A stretch of DNA of 64,000 nucleotides from a virus. The first letter of the stretch is position 1. Each line of letters opens with the position of its first letter. Shown here in pieces: positions 55,507 to 64,000 of the stretch. The notes beneath the pieces are model-generated. The model was given only the letters and a program-made list of their open reading frames with translations. It had not been told where the DNA came from and did not search any database. The position numbers and the translations under genes are program-made. The stretch covers positions 96,001-160,000 of the IMG/VR virus record IMGVR_UViG_3300033153_009093; one strand, written 5' to 3'.

Positions 55507-55875
55507 ATGATGTAGTATTTTTATGATATAAGTAATGAAAGACATCAGGATATATTGGAGTATTCAATACAAAATTTTGATAATGATAATAAAATACATT
55601 TACAAAATACATTAACTGAAAATGAATTTGTAAATAATTATAAAAATATTGGAATAGATGTTTTAGTATTAAATTATAATAAAAAATTCCTTACAAGAAT
55701 AAGAAATGAAAGTATAAATTTAATAATTATTTGTAATGAGTATTTAGAAATAGAAAGATGTATTGATATTTTTGAAAAATCAAAACCAGCTAATTATCAA
55801 ATTATATTAACACCTAAAATGACTTCAACGGAAGTCATTATGAACTTAACAAATATACTTAACAATGAAAATTAA
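55507..55875 (+). CDS. Hypothetical protein; TAG at codon 3
   Basis: ATG ATG TAG TAT TTT... is in frame with track ORF 55555..55875. Confidence 0.55.
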
Positions 55876-55877
55876 TT

Positions 55878-56099
55878 ATGCCTATATATGAATATGAATG
55901 TCCAGAGTGTAATACAGTCTGTGAAAAATTATTAACAATTTCTAATACTACTAACCCGAAAATGTTACACTGTGATACTTGTAAAAAAGACCAACTTATG
56001 AATAAGTGTATATCGCTATCAACATTTAAGTTAGTTGGTAGAGGGTGGGGTAAAGATGGTTACGTAGATACTTATGAACAAACAAAGGATTTAATATAA
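55878..56099 (+). CDS. FmdB-family zinc-ribbon protein
   Basis: MPIYEYECPEC...CDTC...F.LVGRGW...Y. Confidence 0.8.
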   Translation: MPIYEYECPECNTVCEKLLTISNTTNPKMLHCDTCKKDQLMNKCISLSTFKLVGRGWGKDGYVDTYEQTKDLI

Positions 56100-57103
56100 T
56101 GTCAGTAGAAATAATAACGCCAATAGTGAACGTTGTAGATTTTGATAAAATAATAAGCGAAAAAACTACTGAAACGCCCTCGGCTTATGTAATGGAATAT
56201 GTTTGTAGAGTTTGTTATAATTCATATGATAAAATTAAAGCAGATTCTTATATTAAATTATTATCTGATGCCGCTAAACGAGGGCATAGGTCTATATTTG
56301 ATTTTTCAAATGTACAATTTGTTTTTCATATAAATGATCATCAAACATTTATAAGTTTAGATCATTTTTTTGAAAGTGAAAAATATTTAAATCATGAAGC
56401 ATATACACTTAATAGTAACAGTAATGCTATAATGGTAACAGGTTCAATAAGATCATTTATTGAACTATTAGAAAGATATACTTATTTAAGTTTTGAATAT
56501 ACCTTTGTTTTTTCACAGATATTTTCCGCACTATATGATAATTACGAATATATTATAACTAATTGGCCTTCATGTCCAGAGCTTCTAAATTTTTATAACA
56601 AAATTGTAGGCGAGTGTGATTATAATGAAAGAATACTTTTTACTGATATTATAGATAAAGTAAATGTAAAGCAAGACAAAATCCACCGAAAAATTTTAGT
56701 CGAATTAACAACTGATAGAGGATTACATAATGAACTGGTTAGACATAGACCTGCTGAACATATGGCAGAGTCACAAAGGTATGTTCGATATGGTACAGAT
56801 AAAAATCCGCTAAAAATTTGCATTGATTCTAAACGGTTTTCAGATGAAGATTATGTTACGATATTAAAAGAATCTAGTGAGGTTTGTTATGGTGCTTATA
56901 AAAAGCTTTTAGACGGCAAATACGCCCCGCAAGTTGCAAGGGCGACCTTGCCTATGGGCACCGCTTTAAAGTCGTTTATATATTGCAATATGGAAGAATG
57001 GGAGCATGTCGTGAGACTTCGCTATGCGAAAGATGCTTTACCCATGGCACAGGAAGTTACTGGAGAAATATTTAAACAAATGGTAAATAAAAAATTATTT
57101 TGA
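56099..57103 (+). CDS. thyX: Flavin-dependent thymidylate synthase
   Basis: RGHRSIF, HNELVRHR...ESQRY, ARATLP, LRY...A. Confidence 0.85.
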   Translation: MSVEIITPIVNVVDFDKIISEKTTETPSAYVMEYVCRVCYNSYDKIKADSYIKLLSDAAKRGHRSIFDFSNVQFVFHINDHQTFISLDHFFESEKYLNHEAYTLNSNSNAIMVTGSIRSFIELLERYTYLSFEYTFVFSQIFSALYDNYEYIITNWPSCPELLNFYNKIVGECDYNERILFTDIIDKVNVKQDKIHRKILVELTTDRGLHNELVRHRPAEHMAESQRYVRYGTDKNPLKICIDSKRFSDEDYVTILKESSEVCYGAYKKLLDGKYAPQVARATLPMGTALKSFIYCNMEEWEHVVRLRYAKDALPMAQEVTGEIFKQMVNKKLF

Positions 57104-57104
57104 T

Positions 57105-57383
57105 ATGATTTTTAAATTTAAAGAAGATCAACAATATAGCAATGAAATTAATATTGATTTTGATGACATATCATCAAAATCAATATATTGTTTATATTAT
57201 AAACAATACAATGTTGCAGTAAATTGTATTCTGATTGAAAAATTAGATAGCATGATAGCATACGGTGATAATGAAAAAGAAGTAATTGATTATAGAAATG
57301 AACTGGTAGAAAATAAAAAATATATACCAGTTCATTTATATATTAAAAATATTCCAAATATTGTAAGTTATAAATGTCAATAA
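57105..57383 (+). CDS. Hypothetical protein
   Basis: Track ORF. Confidence 0.5.
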   Translation: MIFKFKEDQQYSNEINIDFDDISSKSIYCLYYKQYNVAVNCILIEKLDSMIAYGDNEKEVIDYRNELVENKKYIPVHLYIKNIPNIVSYKCQ

Positions 57384-59083
57384 AATCAATAAAAATAGAT
57401 AAAATAAAATTATCAAATTTTATGACCTTTAATAATTATCAAATTGATAATTTATCAAAATATAAAATAATTTTTATATGCGGTCATAATGCACAAGGTA
57501 AATCGACAATTACAAGCGAAGCCCCTTATTTTACGTTCTTTAATAAACCATTAAGATATAGCAAAATAGAAGAATTATTAGCATGGGGTTATGATCATAA
57601 TTCTAAAGATAAAGCCTTTGCAGAATTATCTTTAAATATTATAGATGATAATAATAATTCTTCAGATTTAATAATTAAAAGAAATATTATTGGTAGTCGT
57701 TATAAGTTCGATGTAAGTAATAATGATAATCATTTATATGATGATTTATATTCCGCTAAAAATATTACATCCTTTAATAATTCGTTAAAAGATTTATTAG
57801 ATATTAATGAATCTATATTTTCTATACTATATTTAAAAAGTCCCTTCAGTCAAGTTATCTTTGATAGTAATAGCGAACTACTATCAAAGATAACTAAATC
57901 GGAATATATAAATGAATTACGAAATGATTTTAGAAAAACGTGCAATGAATTAAAAATAAATATTGACAATTTAAAAGGGACTATTGAAAAGCAAAATCAA
58001 CTTACATCTTCAATAAAAAAACAACTAAATAAAATTCTTGATAACTCGGAATATCAAGAAAATAAATCAGATATAAAAAGAATAGTTTCTAGTATTGAAA
58101 AAATAGAAAATGAATTAAATCTTTTAACAGAAAAAACTAAGAAAAATAAATTAGAACATAATAAATATTCTAATAAAAAGAATGAATTAAAAGATTTAAT
58201 AAATAAAATAAATTTGTTCATTAGACAATTGGAAGAGGAAAGAAAAAAAATGCTAGACCTTATAAACAAAGGTCAGTGCTATACATGCAAGCAACCAATA
58301 GAACAAAATTTATACAATAATCAAATAGATATTATTGAAAAGAAGATAAAAGAATACAGAGATTATTTATTAAAAAATTCATCTAGTATGAAGTCTATTA
58401 GTGATATCGTTAATAGAATTTCTAATAATGTTAATACATTTCAAAACGATAAAGATTCTCTTTATCAAAATATAAGAAAATTATCTAATTTAAAAGCTTC
58501 ATTAAATCAATCAATTATTAATCATGATCAAAATAAAAAAAATAATCACGATATTTTAAAGAAAATACGAGAGACTATTATTAATTTGAATGATGAGTTA
58601 TCAATAATAAGTGCTGATTATAAAATAATCAGCGGCATTTCAAAATTATTACTGGCAAAAAATTCTGAATATATTAATGAATTTTATAATAAAAAAATTT
58701 ATAATTTTAATTTGGTTTTTAAATCTATATTAACTAAGTTGACAAATAATAAATTTAATGACGTTAAGATATTATTGAATAATAAACCTATTTTAAATGA
58801 CGGCATACAATATAAAGCATTATCAACGAGCGAGAGAAAATTTATAGATATATCATTTGTTATTGCATACATTGTATATTTATCAACAAATTTAAAATTT
58901 AAAACATTTATTTTGGATGAATTTTTTGATAATTATGATAAGAAAAATATTATTCATATTTATAATACAATGTATGAAATTGCAAAAGAGTATGATTTAC
59001 AACTACTCATAACAACAAATAAATCGGATTATTTATTTAATGAAATTGAAAAACGAGAAGATATAAAAATTATTACTTTATAA
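57374..59083 (+). CDS. SbcC/Rad50/T4 gp46-like ATPase
   Basis: NFM, GHNAQGKST, coiled coil with CYTCKQ zinc hook, LSTSER signature, LDEFF. Confidence 0.85.
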   Translation: MSIKSIKIDKIKLSNFMTFNNYQIDNLSKYKIIFICGHNAQGKSTITSEAPYFTFFNKPLRYSKIEELLAWGYDHNSKDKAFAELSLNIIDDNNNSSDLIIKRNIIGSRYKFDVSNNDNHLYDDLYSAKNITSFNNSLKDLLDINESIFSILYLKSPFSQVIFDSNSELLSKITKSEYINELRNDFRKTCNELKINIDNLKGTIEKQNQLTSSIKKQLNKILDNSEYQENKSDIKRIVSSIEKIENELNLLTEKTKKNKLEHNKYSNKKNELKDLINKINLFIRQLEEERKKMLDLINKGQCYTCKQPIEQNLYNNQIDIIEKKIKEYRDYLLKNSSSMKSISDIVNRISNNVNTFQNDKDSLYQNIRKLSNLKASLNQSIINHDQNKKNNHDILKKIRETIINLNDELSIISADYKIISGISKLLLAKNSEYINEFYNKKIYNFNLVFKSILTKLTNNKFNDVKILLNNKPILNDGIQYKALSTSERKFIDISFVIAYIVYLSTNLKFKTFILDEFFDNYDKKNIIHIYNTMYEIAKEYDLQLLITTNKSDYLFNEIEKREDIKIITL

Positions 59084-59124
59084 TAAAAAATTAATATAAT
59101 AGCAGGATTGTTGGAATATCTAAC

Positions 59125-59153
59125 TTGACATCATATAGTAAATATGATAAGGT
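59125..59153 (+). promoter_or_regulatory. Possible sigma70-type promoter for the right-hand accessory block
   Basis: TTGACA at 59125-59130, 17-nt spacing to TG-n-TAAGGT; the -10 match is weak. Confidence 0.35.
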
Positions 59154-59200
59154 ATAAAAAAACTTATATAAACTTTTAAATTAAACTTAATGAATTATAT

Positions 59201-59470
59201 ATGAAGAAAAAAACTTTTAGTAAAAAAATTATTTATTTAAATATTTTTATTATTATTGTATATATTTGCGAATATATGGCACCTGAAAGTATTATGAATT
59301 ATATAAATAACCCATATACAAATGAAAGGTTATTGTTATTATTTAATAATAGTGAAAATTTTTCACTTAAACCATTATTGAATATAGAATTTGATACATT
59401 GTATGGTTTTGTATTTTTATGCGTTGATGTTATAATAGTGAGTATTTATAAATATAGAATTGAAAAATAA
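59201..59470 (+). CDS. Small membrane protein
   Basis: Two hydrophobic stretches. Confidence 0.5.
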   Translation: MKKKTFSKKIIYLNIFIIIVYICEYMAPESIMNYINNPYTNERLLLLFNNSENFSLKPLLNIEFDTLYGFVFLCVDVIIVSIYKYRIEK

Positions 59471-59480
59471 TTAAAATACT

Positions 59481-60041
59481 ATGAAAAATAATAAAGGAAT
59501 TTCATTAATAGAAATATTAATAGTTTTAGCTATTTTAGGAATCTTCTCAGCGATATCATATCCTCATTTTAATAAGAAACGGTATATTATTAAATCAGAT
59601 GCAATGAATTTATGGACTATATGCAGTAGAGCAAAGAGCGAAGCTGTAAAACGAAATAGAATTTTATACGTAGGCATTGATGGAAAGGATGTCGATTTTT
59701 ATACAGATAATCAACTAGTTAATTCGTATTATTTAAATTATTTTAATATTCATACGGATAGCGTAACAGGGGGAGAATTAGGAGGAAAAGAAGTTCCTAA
59801 AATAATACCCGATGAAGTTATACAACAATGCGGAGGGATTCTTCCGGGTTGTCAATCTATTGAAGATTGGTATAAGTCATTTGAAGGCAAATATTATGAA
59901 TATATTTTTTCATTTAATCAAATGGGAATAACTAATGCAGAAATATTATTAAAATTAGAAGTCGATAATGAGTTATTAGATACTTTAAATATTAACTTTA
60001 TAGGAACAATTAAAACGGTATTATATACTAATGAAATCTAA
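59481..60041 (+). CDS. Type IV pilin / FimT-GspH-like protein
   Basis: KG|ISLIEILIVLAILG prepilin N-terminus; ARSEA-like AKSEAVKRN. Confidence 0.8.
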   Translation: MKNNKGISLIEILIVLAILGIFSAISYPHFNKKRYIIKSDAMNLWTICSRAKSEAVKRNRILYVGIDGKDVDFYTDNQLVNSYYLNYFNIHTDSVTGGELGGKEVPKIIPDEVIQQCGGILPGCQSIEDWYKSFEGKYYEYIFSFNQMGITNAEILLKLEVDNELLDTLNINFIGTIKTVLYTNEI

Positions 60042-60489
60042 AAAAGAAATGTCACCTTGCCCTCTTTGCGGATGTGTTAAATTTGAAATGTTGGATGATA
60101 ATGATAATGACAATAATCAAGTGGCAGCTATTTATTGCACTAAATGCCCTTATGGGGTAGAAGATAGCAGTAAAACCTTATCAAAATTAATAGATATTCA
60201 TAATCATAGACTAACGATTTGTCCAGTTTGCGAAGGTGATTCAATAACCGCTGATATAGCTAAACGAATGGGTCACAGACCCGATATAGCATTTTTAAAA
60301 ATACTTAAATTAGAAAATCGTTTAATTGAATTAGGGGAATTGAATAATTCTCCTTGTTTTATCTGCGGGTATAAAGGTGAAAATTATTTTAATCCTTTAT
60401 TTCATAACTGCATGTCTCGAAGAAAAGATAGTAATTATATGAAAAATGACTCTTTAACCTGCGATGATGTATATGAAATGTATGAATAA
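60031..60489 (+). CDS. Lar-like zinc-binding protein
   Basis: PCPLCG...CTKC, CPVCEG, CFICG. Confidence 0.5.
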   Translation: MKSKKEMSPCPLCGCVKFEMLDDNDNDNNQVAAIYCTKCPYGVEDSSKTLSKLIDIHNHRLTICPVCEGDSITADIAKRMGHRPDIAFLKILKLENRLIELGELNNSPCFICGYKGENYFNPLFHNCMSRRKDSNYMKNDSLTCDDVYEMYE

Positions 60490-60913
60490 TGGCGATATAA
60501 AAATTTTTATTTCAGGATCAATTTCAATTAAAAAATTAGATGCCAATATAATCAAAAGATTAAATAATATTATTGAAAAAAGATATCATATTATTATAGG
60601 TGACGCTGGCGGAATAGATTATTTGGTTCAAGAATTTTTATTTAAAAGAAAGTATGAAAATGTTACAGTTTATTCAACCGGTAATCCAAGAAATAATATA
60701 GGGTTATGGGAAAATGTTTGTGTATATTCAAATAAAGTTTTTGGAACAAGAGAATATTTTACAGAAAAAGATAAAGTATTAACAAATGATTGCACTTATG
60801 GTTTTGTTATTTGGGATTATAAGAGCAAAGGAACATTAAATAATATAAATAGATTACAACGATTGAAAAAGAGAGTGTTAGTTTATTTTAATAATAAATT
60901 TATTATTAAATAA
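60482..60913 (+). CDS. SLOG-like hypothetical protein
   Basis: IFISGS, IIGDAGGID...Q.FL, RE.F..KD..LT.DC.YGFVIWD..S.GT. Confidence 0.5.
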   Translation: MNNGDIKIFISGSISIKKLDANIIKRLNNIIEKRYHIIIGDAGGIDYLVQEFLFKRKYENVTVYSTGNPRNNIGLWENVCVYSNKVFGTREYFTEKDKVLTNDCTYGFVIWDYKSKGTLNNINRLQRLKKRVLVYFNNKFIIK

Positions 60914-60915
60914 TT

Positions 60916-61440
60916 ATGGAATCATTTTTAATTGCTATCCAAGGTATGCTCCAGTTTTTATTTTTATTAGGTATAATAAAATACATTTTACTTAGTAACA
61001 AATATAATATATTGAATATTAAATACATTAATATTGTTACTAAGTGGAATAATTTAGTATTACGTGTTAATGAGAGTAATAAGTCAAATAATACTAATAT
61101 ACCTTTTACGAGCAAAGAATTAAAGCTAATAATGAAAAGGTGTCATCCTGATAAAAATAGTAATGACTTAGATAATAAAAAATTAATACAAGATAGTAAT
61201 AATGACACTTTGGAAGAAGTGGCAAATAATTTAAAGCATAAAAGTGATAAAGAAAATATATTGCCAGATGAAGGCATTGGGGTTGTAGCAGAAATATAGT
61301 CTATATCATGTATAGGCAAATCTAACTGGTATGAAGTTGTATATAGGCTAAATGATGAATGGCATTCTTATATAGGTAGTAAAACCTTTGAAGATGGAGA
61401 AAAGGTTATAAGGTGGAAATATCCCGAAAGTTGTTTTTAA
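60916..61440 (+). CDS. Protein with a J-domain-like HPD motif, extended through 1 TAG
   Basis: KRCHPDK; TAG at 61297-61299 followed by 46 sense codons and TAA 61438. Confidence 0.5.
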
Positions 61441-61515
61441 TAGACACTTTAGAAATGTTATGCCCTAATTGACATTCTCAAATGAAAACTTCCATGGAGA
61501 GGACAAAAGAGATAA

Positions 61516-62037
61516 ATGTACTTCTTTACAAGCGATGAACATCTAGGCCATGCGAATATTATTAAGTACTGCAATAGGCCATTTAATTCAGTTCAAGAAA
61601 TGGATGCTCATTTAATTCAGTGTCATAATAGAGTGGTATCTAAAGGGGATACCGTAGTTCACGCTGGCGATTTTACGTTAATAAAAGATTTTAGAAAAAT
61701 AAAAAGAAATTACATTGATAAATTGAATGGTAATCATATTTTTTTAAAAGGAAGTCATGATTATTGGTTAGAAAATGACCATCTTGTTATTTTTCAAAAA
61801 ACTATAAAATCGCAATTTTTAGTTGTTTGTCATTATGCTATGAAGACTTGGCATAGATCGCATTATAATAGTTGGCAATTGCACGGGCATTCTCATGGTA
61901 CATTAAAATCAGAGGGAAAGCAATTAGATATTGGAGTGGATAATAATAATTATTATCCCTTTTCTTTTGATGATATTTTAATAATTATGAATACGTTAAA
62001 AAATAATTTTAATTATACTGATAGAAGTAAAGGTTGA
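61516..62037 (+). CDS. Calcineurin-like metallophosphoesterase (standard codons only)
   Basis: TSDEHLGH, AGDF, GSHD, CHYAMKTW, QLHGHSHG, LDIGVD. Confidence 0.85.
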   Translation: MYFFTSDEHLGHANIIKYCNRPFNSVQEMDAHLIQCHNRVVSKGDTVVHAGDFTLIKDFRKIKRNYIDKLNGNHIFLKGSHDYWLENDHLVIFQKTIKSQFLVVCHYAMKTWHRSHYNSWQLHGHSHGTLKSEGKQLDIGVDNNNYYPFSFDDILIIMNTLKNNFNYTDRSKG

Positions 62038-62320
62038 TAATAAAAAATGATAGAATGTCACCAATGCGGTAATGAAATTCCTGAACATATAAATGATACA
62101 TGGAATGAATTTTCAAAATTAACAAAAGATGAAGTATGTCAGTTAATTAAATATAAAAGATAAAAAATTATGTCAGAAAAAAATAAAAAAATAGATAAAT
62201 ATCATTATCATGAATTTTTAGATAGATGCGCAGTGATTCAAGATAATATAGAATATTTTTTAAGAGAGCATCCTGTTGCGAATAAAACTGTAATAAAAAA
62301 AATTATAAGGAAAAATGAAT

Positions 62321-62629
62321 ATGGTCATTGATTATTATGATTGTGATGTCTGTAATAAAAACGGAGTTTATGAAGAATATATAAGTTAGTGTAATAATTG
62401 CTAGAAAAATATATGCAGTAGTTGTACATTAAAAGAAAGCAAAGATGTTCCTTATATAGGATCTGATATTAGAGAAGATGTTGCTGGTTATATAAAAAGT
62501 GAATTTTGTCCATTTTGTAACGGTGATAAAATATCAGACAATCAAAGGCTAATTTTTTTATTAGATATTGTAAATATGCCAATAGAAGATCTTGATAAAA
62601 GCATTTTAGAAAAAACAAAACATAAATAA
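62321..62629 (+). CDS. Cys-rich hypothetical protein; 2 in-frame TAG
   Basis: CDVC..YIS*CNNC*KNICSSC...FCPFC; missed by the ORF track. Confidence 0.6.
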
Positions 62630-62636
62630 TTAATCA

Positions 62637-63335
62637 ATGAAATATATGGGTAGTAAAAATCGGATATCAAAATTTATTTTACCAATTATATTAAAAGATA
62701 ATTTACCTAATCAGTGTTACGTAGAACCTTTTGTCGGAGGCGGTAATATGATTGATAAAGTTACAGGTAATAGAATCGGTTCAGATATAAATAAGTATGT
62801 TATAGATGCATTAATTTCGATTAGAGATGAAGTGGATAATTTTCCGAAAACTAATAAAGATTTTACAGAAGCTGACTATATTAGTTTAAAGAAAAGTGAT
62901 AACTATAAATATAAAGGATATGCAGGGTTTTCGTTTAGTTACGGAGGTAAATGGTTAGGAGGATGGAGAAGAGATAGAGAAAAAAAGAGAGATTATATAA
63001 ATGAATCATATAGGAATGCAAAAAAACAAAGTAAATTTCTTCAGGATATCGTATTTATAAATATTAGTTATGAAAATTTAGAAATACCAAAAAATAGTAT
63101 AATTTATTGCGATCCACCTTATATAAATACTACTACTTATAAAAATAAATTTAATCATGATATATTTTGGCAATGGTGTAGAAATAAAAGTATTGAGGGA
63201 CATAATGTTTTTATAAGTGAATATGTTGCGCCTATTGATTTTGAATGTATTTGGGAAAAAGAAATAACTTCTAGTTTAACAAAAAATACTGGCAGTAAAA
63301 AAGGAGTAGAGAAATTATTTAAATATAAATATTAA
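62637..63335 (+). CDS. DNA adenine methyltransferase (Dam/D12 class)
   Basis: YMGSK, YVEPFVGGG, IYCDPPY. Confidence 0.88.
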   Translation: MKYMGSKNRISKFILPIILKDNLPNQCYVEPFVGGGNMIDKVTGNRIGSDINKYVIDALISIRDEVDNFPKTNKDFTEADYISLKKSDNYKYKGYAGFSFSYGGKWLGGWRRDREKKRDYINESYRNAKKQSKFLQDIVFINISYENLEIPKNSIIYCDPPYINTTTYKNKFNHDIFWQWCRNKSIEGHNVFISEYVAPIDFECIWEKEITSSLTKNTGSKKGVEKLFKYKY

Positions 63336-63394
63336 TTTTTAATATACATGGATTCAATTTATTAGTCAAATAAATAAGATACGTGAGCATTTAA

Positions 63395-63844
63395 ATGAAA
63401 GTGATTAAAGGTGATTTAATTAAGTTAGCGAAAGAAAGGAAATTTGATGTCATAACGCACGGCTCGAACTGTTATAATTGTATGGGTGCCGGAATTGCTA
63501 AACAAATTAAACAAGAATTTCCTGAAGCATATAAAGCTGATTTGAAAACAAAAAAAGGCGATAGATTAAAATTAGGTTCATATTCAGAAGCTTATGTTAA
63601 AAAATATAATTTAATAATTATTAATGCGTATACTCAATATGGTTATTGGGGAAAAGGCGGAAAACCGAACGCGGATTATATGGCAATTGAAAAAGTATTT
63701 AAAAAAATAAAAGAAAATTATAATGCTAAACAGATTGGCATTCCTTTGATTGGTACTGGATTAGCAGGCGGTGATTGGAATAAAATTTCTAATATTATTG
63801 ATAGTATGAATTTTAATAATATAACATTAGTTGAATATGAATAA
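63395..63844 (+). CDS. Macrodomain protein (ADP-ribose binding/hydrolase)
   Basis: GDL, NC..MGAGIA, NAYTQ, PLIGTGLAGG.W. Confidence 0.88.
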   Translation: MKVIKGDLIKLAKERKFDVITHGSNCYNCMGAGIAKQIKQEFPEAYKADLKTKKGDRLKLGSYSEAYVKKYNLIIINAYTQYGYWGKGGKPNADYMAIEKVFKKIKENYNAKQIGIPLIGTGLAGGDWNKISNIIDSMNFNNITLVEYE

Positions 63845-63879
63845 AGAATCTGAAATCTAAAATATATAAAATAAAAGCT

Positions 63880-64000
63880 ATGAGTTATGATATAGATTTA
63901 AATTGTCCGGTTACAAATAAAGTAATAGGATTTGAGTTTAAACACGATATAAAAGGTGGCACATATGCTATAGGTGGCAGCGATGAAGCTTCATTGAATA
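63880..64000 (+). CDS. Phage hypothetical protein, partial at the right edge
   Basis: MSYDIDLNCP...GGTYAIGG...A.LN. Confidence 0.5.
   Translation, partial: MSYDIDLNCPVTNKVIGFEFKHDIKGGTYAIGGSDEASLN

Noticed and set aside
61441-61515. HNH endonuclease gene (LEMLCPN*HSQ)
   Set aside because: Only a short remnant with TGA at a Cys and no start or full domain; treated as debris
1-64000. TAG = Gln (genetic code 15), the usual phage amber reassignment
   Set aside because: The most diagnostic sites (5/5 in the DUF5662-like gene, 2/2 in the phosphoesterase, TnpB-like, DUF723-like) are conserved Trp, TAG-rich genes lack TGG, and a TrpRS-like gene is present. A few Gln-compatible sites are kept as a separate finding
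1-64000. CRISPR array, rRNA, release factor gene, T4-type late promoters
   Set aside because: No regularly spaced repeats, rRNA or GGQ-containing ORF were seen; TATAAATA-like words are too frequent in this AT-rich DNA to be informative

Overview
An extremely AT-rich segment of a large, T4-like-core (jumbo) bacteriophage genome. It carries a portal-like protein, UvsW, RecA/UvsX, gp46/gp47-like SbcCD, a gp41-like helicase, primase, a C-terminal half of a family-B polymerase, rIIA/rIIB, class II RNR, ThyX, dUTPase, dNMP kinase, ClpP, bS21 and a dispersed ADP-heptose pathway. The supplied ORF track is fragmented because TAG is not a stop codon here. By manual count about 80 in-frame TAGs in about 27 genes join fragments into long ORFs that close on TAA/TGA, often with TAATG/ATGA coupling to the next gene. 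Where family motifs are recognisable, TAG mostly falls on conserved tryptophans: 5/5 in a DUF5662-like protein, 2/2 in a metallophosphoesterase, plus TnpB-like and DUF723-like proteins. It does not behave like the Gln of the known phage code 15. The window also encodes a 74-nt tRNA with anticodon CUA and atypical identity elements (12714-12787, minus strand) and a divergent TrpRS-like enzyme (38073-39023). Together these suggest a phage-borne UAG->Trp code with its own synthetase/tRNA pair. TAG is concentrated in virion/late-type genes and absent from most replication and nucleotide-metabolism genes. Other notable items are a nuclease-dead TnpB-like gene with a structured 3' region and a perfect 48-bp palindrome at the main strand switch just upstream of the TrpRS gene. 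Family assignments come from motif recognition from memory; no database search was run.
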